From assembly GCA_002424095.1 (NCBI GenBank), contig DIPL01000001.1:2184-66183 (forward strand): a DNA stretch of 64,000 nt, read 5' to 3'. Made by a program: the position numbers and the translations under genes. The notes beneath the pieces are model-generated. The model saw only the letters and a list, made by a program, of their open reading frames with translations. It was not told the DNA's origin and ran no database searches. Origin of the DNA: Christensenella sp. UBA5489 (GTDB lineage Bacteria; Bacillota; Clostridia; Christensenellales; UBA1242). Shown one piece after another: positions 26,974-37,589 of the stretch (positions within the stretch are counted from its first letter, which is position 1; the number at the start of each line of letters is the position of its first letter).

Positions 26974-27714
26974 ATGAAAATTCTATGTATAAACACTGCT
27001 TTTGCTGAGGCTCATATAGCATTTAAAAACGAAAGCATTCAAATTTTTAGGAAAATTAATGCCGAAGCAAAAAGTTCTGAAAACATTTTGCCCGCAATTG
27101 AAAAAGTTCTGTACGAGCAAAGCATAAGTCCAAAAGAATTGACGTATATTGCCACCGTGGTTGGTCCCGGTTCTTTTACTGGAATTCGAATTGGAACTGC
27201 AATTGCCAAAGGTTCTGTATGTACTGTGCCAACAATTAAATTGATTGCAATAAATTCTCTTGATTTAATGGCGTATGAATTTTTAAAAAACAAGAATTCA
27301 AACGAAAGGCAGAACGTACCACAAGTAGATTTATCAAATGATAAAAACCCTAAAACTTTTTATTGTATTCAAAATGCACATTCAAAAAGATTTTTTATTG
27401 CTAAATATAATTTTGTTGGCGAACGAATAAGTGATTATGCTCTCGTCAATAAATTGCCTGAAAACGCAATTTTAATAAAATTAGAATGTGAAGATTTTGA
27501 GATTCCACCAAATTTTGTTTTTGATAATTCTGATAATGTTAAAAACTCTTCCGTTCTTATAAATATAAAGTTAAAACCTGAAACATTGTTGGAAGTTGCA
27601 TTAAAATATATAGAAGAAATCAAAATAACTGATTTGCAAAATTTTGAACCCGTTTATATAAGATTATCTCAAGCAGAAGAAAATTTAATTAAATCAAAGT
27701 GTAAAAAATCGTAA
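26974..27714 (+). CDS. tsaB: tRNA t6A biosynthesis protein TsaB
   Basis: GPGSFTGIRIG, P.YIRLSQAE. Confidence 0.92.
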   Translation: MKILCINTAFAEAHIAFKNESIQIFRKINAEAKSSENILPAIEKVLYEQSISPKELTYIATVVGPGSFTGIRIGTAIAKGSVCTVPTIKLIAINSLDLMAYEFLKNKNSNERQNVPQVDLSNDKNPKTFYCIQNAHSKRFFIAKYNFVGERISDYALVNKLPENAILIKLECEDFEIPPNFVFDNSDNVKNSSVLINIKLKPETLLEVALKYIEEIKITDLQNFEPVYIRLSQAEENLIKSKCKKS

Positions 27715-27776
27715 TTAAAGTGTAACGAAATCACATTAGAAGTTCATATTAAAAAAATTATAAAAAACAGGAATTA

Positions 27777-28235
27777 ATGATTAAAAATATAAAAAAAATA
27801 ACGCAACTTAACATAAAGGAAATTTTTGAACTCTCACTTCAACAATTTAAAGAAAACAGTTGGAAAAAAGAATATTTTGAACAAGAGATTGAAAAGCCAC
27901 TTCATTTTGCATATTTATATCAAGATGAAAACAGCGGGAAAATTGCCGCCTTTATTTTTTTTATGCAAACCGAAGGAGAGGGAGGGCTGGATTACAACAT
28001 AACAAACTTAGCAACTGATGATTGCTTTAAAAATTTAGGCTATGCAACTGCACTGATAGATTTTTGTTTTATGTTAGCAAAGAAAAAAAATATAAATAAA
28101 GTTTGGTTGGAAGTCTGCGAGAAAAATTCAGAGGCAATTCATCTTTATCGAAAATTAGGTTTTAAAATAGATTATATTCGCAAAAATTATTATCCGAATC
28201 AGGAAAGTGCAGTAATTATGTCAAAAAAGTTTTGA
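27777..28235 (+). CDS. rimI: RimI-like GNAT N-acetyltransferase
   Basis: ITNLA, WLEV...N..AIHLYRKLGF, RKNYY; follows tsaB. Confidence 0.85.
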   Translation: MIKNIKKITQLNIKEIFELSLQQFKENSWKKEYFEQEIEKPLHFAYLYQDENSGKIAAFIFFMQTEGEGGLDYNITNLATDDCFKNLGYATALIDFCFMLAKKKNINKVWLEVCEKNSEAIHLYRKLGFKIDYIRKNYYPNQESAVIMSKKF

Positions 28236-28345
28236 TTTTATTAACAAAACATTGAATTTTCGCCATATAAATATAATTTTTGGCAATTAATGAAAATATT
28301 TTCAAAATTTGCCTTTTTAGAGATTTATGCATATATAAATAATAT

Positions 28346-29062
28346 ATGTTTTATGAATTCAGGGGAAAGAAAGTTCATTTAAAAAAAACAAAGGGCAAAG
28401 GGGATTGGATTGTTTTTTTGCACGGCTGGGGCGGAACAATAAAAAGTTTTGAATGCGTGGCTGAAAAATTCACCGAACACAAATGTTTACTTATAGATTT
28501 TCCACCGTTTGGAGAATCGGAAGAAATGGTTGATGTTTGGAATTTAAGTGATTATGTCGAAATGCTCCGTGAAATTTTGAACGCTTTTGAAATTGATAAA
28601 GTTAAAATTATTGCTCATTCTTTTGGCGGAAGGGTTGCAATTTTATTTGCTTCTATTTATACTGATAAGGTTGAAAAATTAATTTTGGTAGACAGTGCGG
28701 GCATAAAGCCTAAATTCAATATTATTGTAAAATTAAAGATTTTAAAATATAAATTACTTAAAAAAATTGGCTTTAAACAAAAAAATAAAGGTTCAGCGGA
28801 TTATAAACTTTTGTCTAGCAAAATGAAAAAAACTTTTGTCAACATAATCAATGAACACCTTGAAAAACAATGCGAAAGAATTAATTGTCCAACACTGATT
28901 ATTTTTGGAAAAAAAGATAAGGAAACGCCAATTTATATGGCGAAAAAACTAAATTCACTTATCAAAAACAGCGCTGTTATAATCTTTAAAAATGCAAGAC
29001 ATTTTTCATATATAGATAATTTTAACGACTTTATTTTAATTGCTAAAAGTTTTTTAAATTGA
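28346..29062 (+). CDS. Alpha/beta hydrolase
   Basis: LHGWG, AHSFGG nucleophile elbow, D and H triad positions. Confidence 0.9.
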   Translation: MFYEFRGKKVHLKKTKGKGDWIVFLHGWGGTIKSFECVAEKFTEHKCLLIDFPPFGESEEMVDVWNLSDYVEMLREILNAFEIDKVKIIAHSFGGRVAILFASIYTDKVEKLILVDSAGIKPKFNIIVKLKILKYKLLKKIGFKQKNKGSADYKLLSSKMKKTFVNIINEHLEKQCERINCPTLIIFGKKDKETPIYMAKKLNSLIKNSAVIIFKNARHFSYIDNFNDFILIAKSFLN

Positions 29063-29119
29063 AAAAAGATGAAATAATATAATAAAAATTATCAAGTTAA
29101 CTTTAATTAGGAGGAATTT

Positions 29120-30769
29120 ATGGAATTTGCTGAATTTTTCTCTTTGGATAAAATACATTTTTTAATTGCACTTTTAATAAGTGTAATAAATGCCGTGCTT
29201 TTGGTTTTAATTGCCAAAAAGTTTTTGCAAATTCTGCAAATTTCAGGTTATAAAATTAGAGGCTATGCGGTATGGCTTGCCGACACGAAGGCGAAATATC
29301 TTTCTCGTATTTTAATGTTATGTTTTTTAAGTTTGGCTAGTGTTTTGGTTACTAATGCACTTTTTGACGTGGCAAATAATCATCTAGAATTTTCATATTT
29401 TGGTCTCATTTTTTATGTTTATTTTTCAATTGTATTTATTATTAATATGGTGAAAATGCCACAAAAAACACCACTCGTTCAAACTCGCAGAATGTCAAGA
29501 ATAACAACTCTTTTATTTTTGATTTGCTTTGTAACTTCTTTATTTTTAATTTGGCTTGCAGATGCGTATTTGCCATTTTTAAGTACAGGAGTAATCACTT
29601 TAACGCCGATTTTATTGCCGATTTTTGTACCCCTTGTACATTTCATCCTTGTGCCACTTGAATGGCTTATTCGCCAAAACTATATTATTCGTGCAAGAAG
29701 AAAACTTGCCAAAATGCCGAATTTAATAAAGATTGGAATCACTGGAAGTTTTGGGAAAACCAGCGTTAAACATATACTTAATATAATGTTAAGTCAAAAA
29801 TATGATGTTTGTATGTCGCCACATAGTTTCAATACGCCGATGGGACTCACAAAAGTTATTTTGAAATATTTAAAACCTGATAATCAAATTTTAATTGCTG
29901 AAATGGGCGCACGGCAAATTGGAGATATCAGTTATTTATGCAAATTAATTGAGCCACAGCACGGAATTATTACAGGTATTGGCTTGCAACATTTTGAAAC
30001 TTTTGGTAGCGAAGAAAATATAATTAAGACAAAAAATGAATTGGTGCTTGCGTTACCACAAGATGCCGTTATTGTTTTTAACGGCGACAGTAAAAATTCG
30101 AAATTATTATTTAAAGAATGTGAAAATAAAAACAAATTTTTAGTTTCGTTAGGAAAGAAGTCAGAAGTTGAAGTGGAAAATGTTGAGTTTTCTAAAAATG
30201 GAATTAAATTTGATTTAAAATATAAAGATGAAAGTGTTTCGTGTCAAACCAACTTGCTTGGACAGCATAATTTATTGAACATTTTATTAAGTGCTTCTAT
30301 GGCGATTAAACTTGACTTAAATTTGGAGCAAATAAGTAATGCGATTAAAGAACTCGAACCTATTAATCATAGATTACAACCAATTCAAAAAGATAATATG
30401 ATTATACTTGATGATGCTTATAGTTCGAACGAAGAAGGTGCTAAGGCGGCACTTGACGTTTTAAAAACCTTTGACGACAAAATTAAAATTTGCATTACTC
30501 CGGGAATTGTTGAACTTGGAAAAGAAGAAGGGCGCATAAATGAAAATTTTGGAAAACTGCTTGCAAAAACTTGCGATTTCGTAATTATTGTAAATAAAGT
30601 AAACGCAGAGAGTTTGAAAAAAGGTTTAATTTCAGGAAAATTTAGCGAAGGAAAAATCATATTTACAGAGAATTTGGAAGAGGCAAAGCAAAAACTTAAC
30701 CAATTAATAAAACCCGATGAGCAATATGTAGTTTTATTTGAAAATGACTTGCCGGATAACTATACTTAA
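29120..30769 (+). CDS. murF: MurF-family ligase with N-terminal transmembrane region
   Basis: GITGSFGKTS, SFNTPMG, EMGAR, DDAYSSN, FENDLPDNY; about 190-aa hydrophobic N-terminus. Confidence 0.85.
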   Translation: MEFAEFFSLDKIHFLIALLISVINAVLLVLIAKKFLQILQISGYKIRGYAVWLADTKAKYLSRILMLCFLSLASVLVTNALFDVANNHLEFSYFGLIFYVYFSIVFIINMVKMPQKTPLVQTRRMSRITTLLFLICFVTSLFLIWLADAYLPFLSTGVITLTPILLPIFVPLVHFILVPLEWLIRQNYIIRARRKLAKMPNLIKIGITGSFGKTSVKHILNIMLSQKYDVCMSPHSFNTPMGLTKVILKYLKPDNQILIAEMGARQIGDISYLCKLIEPQHGIITGIGLQHFETFGSEENIIKTKNELVLALPQDAVIVFNGDSKNSKLLFKECENKNKFLVSLGKKSEVEVENVEFSKNGIKFDLKYKDESVSCQTNLLGQHNLLNILLSASMAIKLDLNLEQISNAIKELEPINHRLQPIQKDNMIILDDAYSSNEEGAKAALDVLKTFDDKIKICITPGIVELGKEEGRINENFGKLLAKTCDFVIIVNKVNAESLKKGLISGKFSEGKIIFTENLEEAKQKLNQLIKPDEQYVVLFENDLPDNYT

Positions 30770-30857
30770 AACTATTGAATGTAAAATATTTGCTTAAAAT
30801 GAGAATTCTAAATTTAAATATTTGAAATGTTGGAAATAATGCTGAAAAGAGATAGTA

Positions 30858-30891
30858 TAGAAAAGTCGTATTTTTAATACGACTTTTTCTA
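30858..30891. terminator. Bidirectional terminator between convergent genes
   Basis: AAAAGTCGTATT/AATACGACTTTT inverted repeat. Confidence 0.75.
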
Positions 30892-30987
30892 ATTAATACA
30901 ACTTTTTTCAAATCAATAGGCGTGCATATTTATTCAAAGACTTTATATTTATTAATCCAACAAGTGCTTTTAAAGAAAAATTGTATC

Positions 30988-32343
30988 TTATTGTTCTAAA
31001 AGTTGAACAAATTTTCTTGGCTTTGATAAAGAAGGACGTTCGTTATTCATAGCGATGATTTGACCAATACCGAAACTTTCAAGTCCTTGCCATTTTGCCT
31101 TATTGCTTAATGTTGGGGAAGTGTACGTTTCCGCAGGCATTTGCCTTATTTGCTTTGGTGTATCATAAACGGTAGCGGTTTCTACGGTTGCCATTGAAGT
31201 TGTTGCCGTTGCTGAATTTAATGCAGTTTTAGTTATTTCAAGTTCGTTGTTTTTTGTTGTTTCCATATTTTTAGAAATGCTAATAATATTTTCTGCTGTC
31301 GCTGATTGCTCGTTTGCTACGACATCAGCAAAAGTTGGAATTGAGAATTCTTCAAAATTAGGTTTTTCGTTTTCTGCTGTTGCAAAAGGAACGAAATCAA
31401 CAATATTATTTTCAGCCGATTTTGATTGAACAAACGCTTCCTCAGGTTGATTTAAGCTATCTGATTTTATTGTTGAATTGTTTGCGCCCGACCAAAAAAT
31501 TTCTGTAAATTCAGTTGTTTTGGCGGATGGAGTAGTTTCAGTTGTCGCTGTATTTAATGGTTTTTCAGCCATTATGCCAAAAGCAATTTCAGTTGTAGCG
31601 GCTGCTTCAACAGCACGTTGTTCACGTAATTTTTCAACAGCCAAAGCACTTTTTGAAAAAACAACATCACCAACTTGCATTTCAGTTATACCAATTCCAT
31701 ATTTATCAGCAACTTTATTGAATTTCGGAAGCAGTGCATTTGCAAGATATTTCTTATTTTGCTTAAAACTTGAAATTAAATAGTTTTCTTTACGTAGCAA
31801 TTTGAAAAGATTTATTTCAAATAAATCGCTTAAAATTTGGTTGACATATTTCGGTTTACGTACATTCCACGCACTTTCGCTATTTTTAAAAAGTGTTTGC
31901 AAAAATCGTTGAGCATCACTAACATAAAAATCAATTTCAAAACTTGGTTTAACCCAAAACTTGCCGTCTATTGATGTTTTATATTTTAATTTTCTTGAAA
32001 TTGCTAATTTTAAATTTTTTTGTTGTGTCAAGTTTATCAATAAAGGTTTTGCTTTGAAATTTTTAATTGGCTTGCCGTATTTATCAGGTTTGTGCAAACG
32101 AAACCTTTTTTTACAAAGGGGCAGGGCAATGAGTGTCAGTGAATGCTCGCCAGCAGGCAAAAAGTCTAGAACTCGCTTTTTATGTGTGATGACTGCCACA
32201 AAATTTTCAGGGACTTGAATTTTACTATTCAGCCAAATTTTCCCACGTTTAAGTTTCAAAGGATAGACGAGATATTGCGAGATATCTTGCTTAACCTTGA
32301 TATCTTTTGAAAACAAATTTTTAATAGCATCAAAAAATTTCAT
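30988..32343 (-). CDS. SPFH-like domain protein with A/T/E-rich low-complexity tail
   Basis: SKIQVPENFVAV...LPAGEHSL, YGIGITEMQV resemble YdjI/SPFH family. Confidence 0.55.
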   Translation of the reverse strand: MKFFDAIKNLFSKDIKVKQDISQYLVYPLKLKRGKIWLNSKIQVPENFVAVITHKKRVLDFLPAGEHSLTLIALPLCKKRFRLHKPDKYGKPIKNFKAKPLLINLTQQKNLKLAISRKLKYKTSIDGKFWVKPSFEIDFYVSDAQRFLQTLFKNSESAWNVRKPKYVNQILSDLFEINLFKLLRKENYLISSFKQNKKYLANALLPKFNKVADKYGIGITEMQVGDVVFSKSALAVEKLREQRAVEAAATTEIAFGIMAEKPLNTATTETTPSAKTTEFTEIFWSGANNSTIKSDSLNQPEEAFVQSKSAENNIVDFVPFATAENEKPNFEEFSIPTFADVVANEQSATAENIISISKNMETTKNNELEITKTALNSATATTSMATVETATVYDTPKQIRQMPAETYTSPTLSNKAKWQGLESFGIGQIIAMNNERPSLSKPRKFVQLLEQ

Positions 32344-32503
32344 ACCGCCTTACCTTCTTTGCTTATTTTTTGCTTTTAAAATTTTAATTTTAGGTTTCCG
32401 CTTTAAATAAATTCTATTTATTACTGATATTACTGAAACCGTGTAACTATCTTTTTTGCTTACTTTTTATTATGGCTATAAATCAAACTTCGGTTTTTAA
32501 AGT

Positions 32504-34618
32504 TTACTTGCTTTTCTCTTGTCGTCTTCTTTCTGCTTCTGCTGCTGCTGTTCCTTTTGCATAAGCCTCTTTAACTTGCTTTTCAAATGCTTCATCTTTT
32601 GCTTGTTTCGCAAAATGCGGACTTATGTATGGCATATTAATTTTGATTAAAGCCTTTTTCATATCGCCTCCGCCATCTTTCCAACCTGAAGCCAAATCAC
32701 TTTTTGAAAGAGGTGCAAAAATTTCTTTTGTCAAGCCCCTAGCCTCTCCAAACATAGCACTTAAATCTTCCCGTGGAATTGTTTGTTTTGCCCAACTTCC
32801 AAGCATAGCTCGTCGAGATTCAGCAGGGAAGTCAGCGGCGGTTTTTGGTGCATAAACATCTTGTCGGCCTTGTGGAGTCATTTGCCAACCATATCTTGAA
32901 TGACCTTTCATTACATTATCGGCAACTTGACCTTTTTCAAAATCTAAATGTTGTTGATAGCCTTCTTCTAATTTCGCTAATTCAAATTGATCATCGGACA
33001 TATTTCTATATTGTTGATAAGACTGTCTTATTCTTTTTTCTGCATTTTTCGATACCGCGTCGCTTTGCATTAGTTTTCCTTTATATGCTTCTCTTTCTGC
33101 TTCGAATTCGGCATTAGCGGCATCAGCCTGTGCTGTTCGCCCTGCCAATGTGTTTTTACCTCTAATGCTTTTAGCAGCTTTGACCCCTCCGCTTAATCCT
33201 TTATATGCAACCAGCCCACCTCTAAGAGCAAGTCCAGCACCACCAGCCACAAGCATTCCTGCCGATGCAACCTTACTACCAAGTTCTTTGGAGATTTCTC
33301 CGCCTGCCTTATTTAAATCTTCGGATTTTATGAAACTGCTTATCATTCCTATGAAAGTTTTAACCATCATAAGCGCAACAATCATAAACAGTATTGACAT
33401 TATGTAATCCGCAACTGAAAAGTTAAAAAATGAAAGTTTATTCAAATACGGCATAATGAGAAAGACGATATTCATCCCCCCAATTGCACCAATGACCATA
33501 AGTGTTTTACTTATAAATTTTCCTCTCCACGCCTTATAGGCATCTCCATTATCAAGTGGTCTAAGGGCAATAAGCGGTGCTGCAATTAAGAACAAGCCAA
33601 CAAGTTCAATAAAGCGTCCTATCAGTCCCATTGCAAGATTTATGAACATAACACAAAGAATTATTCCAGCGGCAAATGCAACTAAGAAGTTGTAATACCA
33701 TAAATTGTAATAATACCAAATTAATTTTACATTATTACGGTCAAGTGCCGTAATATTATCAGAACCTTGCAACTGGAAAACGTCAGCAGTTGGTAAATTA
33801 TCTTTTAAGATATACCAATCGGAATAATCTAAATTTGATACAGTTTCAACTTTTACATAGTTGGCAAAACCCTCATCAATTGCTCCTGCAACTTTTTCAC
33901 GGTTAGTATCTTGAAAAAGTCCACCGAAATGTGTTGCTTTATCATTATTCAAAAATTCGAAAAAGGTGTCATCGTAACGTGCTCGATTGGCATTATAGCA
34001 AGATGCGTTAAAGACAGCACCTGAAAACGTCGTTGTTGTTGTTGGTATGGCAATTGAGAAAAGATTATAATGTATATATGTTGTCTTTACTTCGCTTGAT
34101 GGACCACTAGGCAAAGTTGTGGATTTAAGTTTTTGCGTATCTAAAAAATTAAATGAAGTTGATGCGGAAACCGAAGTTGCTTGGTCGACTGCCTGCAAAA
34201 TCACATTACTTAAAAAAATTCCGAACAAAACTGCAATAGGAACGATTGCAAAAAGGGCAATAGATTTGAATGCTTTTTTTATTATTGAAGAGCGTGGGTC
34301 TTCTGGCTTGTCGGCTGCGTATTCATTTCTTATAATGGCAACAATTGTTGAAAGAAAAAGGAGAATAAAGCCAAGAATTACAAGTCCCCAAAAAGCATTT
34401 GTTAAAATTGGAAAATCCCCAAAAAGTGTACCTCTTATAAAATGATATACAATATCGCCTTCCTGAGCAACGCCGTCTATATAATAAACATCAAGCCCAG
34501 CAAGTTTTCTGAATACAAGTTGAAATAAGTCAATTACAGATAAAAAAGCGTTCGAAATGATATAAATTAATTTCGGAATAGCACTAAGAAGACAAACAAT
34601 ATAATCCCAAATAACCAA
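32504..34618 (-). CDS. VirB6/TrbL-like (Mbov_0396-type ICE) polytopic membrane protein
   Basis: FRKLAGLD, GRFIELVGLFLIAAPLIALRPLDNGDAYKAWR, multiple TM helices, Gly/Ala-rich tail. Confidence 0.65.
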   Translation of the reverse strand: MVIWDYIVCLLSAIPKLIYIISNAFLSVIDLFQLVFRKLAGLDVYYIDGVAQEGDIVYHFIRGTLFGDFPILTNAFWGLVILGFILLFLSTIVAIIRNEYAADKPEDPRSSIIKKAFKSIALFAIVPIAVLFGIFLSNVILQAVDQATSVSASTSFNFLDTQKLKSTTLPSGPSSEVKTTYIHYNLFSIAIPTTTTTFSGAVFNASCYNANRARYDDTFFEFLNNDKATHFGGLFQDTNREKVAGAIDEGFANYVKVETVSNLDYSDWYILKDNLPTADVFQLQGSDNITALDRNNVKLIWYYYNLWYYNFLVAFAAGIILCVMFINLAMGLIGRFIELVGLFLIAAPLIALRPLDNGDAYKAWRGKFISKTLMVIGAIGGMNIVFLIMPYLNKLSFFNFSVADYIMSILFMIVALMMVKTFIGMISSFIKSEDLNKAGGEISKELGSKVASAGMLVAGGAGLALRGGLVAYKGLSGGVKAAKSIRGKNTLAGRTAQADAANAEFEAEREAYKGKLMQSDAVSKNAEKRIRQSYQQYRNMSDDQFELAKLEEGYQQHLDFEKGQVADNVMKGHSRYGWQMTPQGRQDVYAPKTAADFPAESRRAMLGSWAKQTIPREDLSAMFGEARGLTKEIFAPLSKSDLASGWKDGGGDMKKALIKINMPYISPHFAKQAKDEAFEKQVKEAYAKGTAAAEAERRRQEKSK

Positions 34619-34847
34619 AAAGATTTACCTCATTTCTATTTTGCTTAAATTATAACAAAATAAAACATAAAAGACAATATTTTTTAAAGATTTTTCAAAA
34701 AGTTTTTTAAATCTATAATTTTTGTGCATATTAGCATAAAAAACTGCGATAATTAAACCGCCTATAATAAAAAATATTAAAAAAAGATGACTTTCAATTT
34801 TCATTATGATATATTTAAATATAATTTATAAAAATAAGGAGAAAAAA

Positions 34848-35093
34848 TTGAAATATAAAAAAGATATGCTTATTAGCGAAATTCTTGAAGCAAACCCTGA
34901 AAATTCTGCCATTTTAATGGGCTTTGGTATGCATTGTCTTGGTTGTCCGATGAGCCAAAGAGAAACATTAGAACAAGCCTGTGTGGCACACGAGTTAGAC
35001 GTTGACTTTGTTTTATCAAGGCTTAATGAAACAGAAGACAGAGAAAAGCAGTCTAAAAAAGATGATAAACAAATAAAGAAGAGTAAAAAATAA
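34848..35093 (+). CDS. DUF1858 domain protein
   Basis: GMHCLGCP...ETLEQACVAH; TTG start after AGGAG. Confidence 0.85.
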   Translation: MKYKKDMLISEILEANPENSAILMGFGMHCLGCPMSQRETLEQACVAHELDVDFVLSRLNETEDREKQSKKDDKQIKKSKK

Positions 35094-35095
35094 AT

Positions 35096-36166
35096 ATGAA
35101 GAAAAAAGTTGTATTAACAGGAGATAGACCTACCGGGGCACTTCACATAGGGCATTATGTTGGCTCGCTAAAAAAGCGTGTTGAAATGCAAAACAGTGGA
35201 CTTTATGATATGTTTGTTATGATTGCCGACCTTCAAGCATTGACCGATAACGCAAAAAGTCCTGATAAAATAAGAAATAACATAATGGAAGTTATGCTTG
35301 ATTATATAGCAGCAGGGCTTGAACTGGGCAAGACTAGATTTTTTATTCAATCACAAATTCCTGCACTTTTTGAACTACCTATGTATTATGCAAATCTTGT
35401 TACAGTGAGCAGACTTGAACGAAACCCGACAATAAAATCTGAAATTAAAATGCGTGGATTTAATAAGAGCATTCCCGTTGGATTTATGAATTATCCAATA
35501 AGTCAGGCGGCGGATATAACTGCCGTTGGTGCTGATTTTGTGCCAGTTGGTGCAGATCAATTGCCGATGATTGAGCAGGCAAGAGAAATTGTCAACTCGT
35601 TTAATAAAACATATAATACCGATGTCCTTGTTTTGCCTGAGGCTGTTTTACCTGACAATAAAAAAAGTTACCGCATTGTTGGTACGGATGGCAACTCAAA
35701 AATGAGTAAATCACTTGGAAACTGCATCTTTTTAAAAGATGAGCCAGAAGAAATCAGGAAAAAAGTTATGAGTATGTACACCGACCCTAACCACGTAAGC
35801 ATTAATAATCCAGGAAAAATTGAAGGAAATACAGTTTTTCTTTATTTAGATATTTTCTGCGAAAATCATCATTTTGAAAAATTTTTGCCGGAATACAAAA
35901 ATTTGAATGAATTTAAAAATCATTATAAACGAGGTGGACTTGGCGATGTTAAAGTAAAATCTTTTTTAAATGAAATTTTACAAGAATTGTTAAAGCCTAT
36001 GCGTGAGCGAAGAAAAGAATATGAAAACCGCAAAAAAGAACTATTAGAAATTTTAGAGACCGACACTGCATATACAATAGAAGTTTCAAACAAAATTTTA
36101 AAACGTGTGCGTGAAGCAATTGGGTTAAACTATTTTCAAGATAAAAATTTTAAAGAAAATCTTTAA
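35096..36166 (+). CDS. trpS: Tryptophan--tRNA ligase
   Basis: TGDRPTG.LHIGH, VPVGADQ, KMSKS. Confidence 0.97.
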   Translation: MKKKVVLTGDRPTGALHIGHYVGSLKKRVEMQNSGLYDMFVMIADLQALTDNAKSPDKIRNNIMEVMLDYIAAGLELGKTRFFIQSQIPALFELPMYYANLVTVSRLERNPTIKSEIKMRGFNKSIPVGFMNYPISQAADITAVGADFVPVGADQLPMIEQAREIVNSFNKTYNTDVLVLPEAVLPDNKKSYRIVGTDGNSKMSKSLGNCIFLKDEPEEIRKKVMSMYTDPNHVSINNPGKIEGNTVFLYLDIFCENHHFEKFLPEYKNLNEFKNHYKRGGLGDVKVKSFLNEILQELLKPMRERRKEYENRKKELLEILETDTAYTIEVSNKILKRVREAIGLNYFQDKNFKENL

Positions 36167-36336
36167 TTTATAAGTTGAAAAAATTAAAAAATGGCATCTA
36201 TAAAACAATTAAGCCAAATATATTATAATATGTAACTATAATATAATAAAATTTATTAATTAGATTAATACAAATAAATGTAATAAATAAGACAATAAAA
36301 AATTTCGAGAAATAAAAAATATTTTCAAAAAAGGTG

Positions 36337-36365
36337 TTGACATCTTGTTTTGTTTCAGGTATACT
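36337..36365 (+). promoter_or_regulatory. Sigma-A promoter of S10 operon
   Basis: TTGACA-N17-TATACT. Confidence 0.75.
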
Positions 36366-36496
36366 ACCAAAGTTTAACGACTTTTTTTTTGGGCTACTGT
36401 TAAAACACACGGCTGAGTGTACAAAAAACAAATCAAAGAAATAAGAAGAAAATCACTAAATAAACGTTAATCAAAAAATTCATAGGAGATAATAAA

Positions 36497-36805
36497 ATGG
36501 CAACCGAAACTCTAAGAATCAAACTTAAAGCATATGACCATGCGCTTTTGGACGATGCATGTAAAAGAATTATAAACACGGCAAGCAAATACGGTGCTCG
36601 TATAACTGGCCCTATACCACTTCCAACTGACCGTGAAATTATTACGGTTATTCGCTCGCCACATAAACACAAAGATAGTCGTGAGCAATTTGAATCAAGA
36701 ACACATAAGAGAATGATTGATATTATAAGTCCAAACGCAAAAACGGTTGATGCTCTTATGAAAATTGAATTGCCAGCAGGTGTCGACATTAAAATAAAAC
36801 TCTAA
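36497..36805 (+). CDS. rpsJ: 30S ribosomal protein S10
   Basis: [23 protein letters not shown]. Confidence 0.98.
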   Translation: MATETLRIKLKAYDHALLDDACKRIINTASKYGARITGPIPLPTDREIITVIRSPHKHKDSREQFESRTHKRMIDIISPNAKTVDALMKIELPAGVDIKIKL

Positions 36806-36917
36806 AATAGCAATAGCAAATTCAAAAATTGATTAAATATAAAATTAACTTATTAAAAAATGCAAATCAAATAGATATGTAAATATCAAAAGCAAAAATC
36901 AAGGAGAACTGATAAAA

Positions 36918-37589
36918 ATGAAGAAGGCAATTATCGGCAAAAAACTCGGTATGACTCAAATTTTTACGCCAAGCGGTCGTGTAGTTCCGGTTACTGTTAT
37001 TGAAGCCGGACCTTGCGTTGTTATTGCTAAAAAAACTGTCGAAAAAGACGGTTATGATTCTTTGGTTGTCTCTTTCGGCGACGTTAAAGAGTCTCGCTTA
37101 AACAAACCGAAACTCGGTGCTTTTAAGAAAATTGATGCTGAACCGAAAAAAACTATAAAAGAACTTAAACTTGAAGGCGATTATGAAATAGGAGCAACTA
37201 TAAATTGTGATATTTTTTCCGAAAATGATAAAATTGATATTTCAGGTGTTTCAAAGGGACACGGATTTTCAGGCGTTATAAAACGCCACGGATTCCGTCG
37301 CAATCGTATGTCGCACGGTGCTGGTCCAATCCATAGAAGTCTTGGTTCAACAAGTGCAAGCACAACATACGCACGAGTTTTTAAAAACAAAAAAATGCCA
37401 GGACAATATGGACATGATAACGTAACAATTCAAAATCTTGAAGTTGCAAAAGTGGATAGAGATAGAAATATTCTGCTTGTTAAAGGTTGTGTGCCGGGTC
37501 CGAAAAATTCGCTTGTTATAGTTAAAGAAGCGGTAAAACAGGCACAAAAAGAAAATTCCAAATCGGCAAATAAGGAGGGCGGAAACTAA
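36918..37589 (+). CDS. rplC: 50S ribosomal protein L3
   Basis: GKKLGMTQIF, SKGHGFSG. Confidence 0.98.
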   Translation: MKKAIIGKKLGMTQIFTPSGRVVPVTVIEAGPCVVIAKKTVEKDGYDSLVVSFGDVKESRLNKPKLGAFKKIDAEPKKTIKELKLEGDYEIGATINCDIFSENDKIDISGVSKGHGFSGVIKRHGFRRNRMSHGAGPIHRSLGSTSASTTYARVFKNKKMPGQYGHDNVTIQNLEVAKVDRDRNILLVKGCVPGPKNSLVIVKEAVKQAQKENSKSANKEGGN

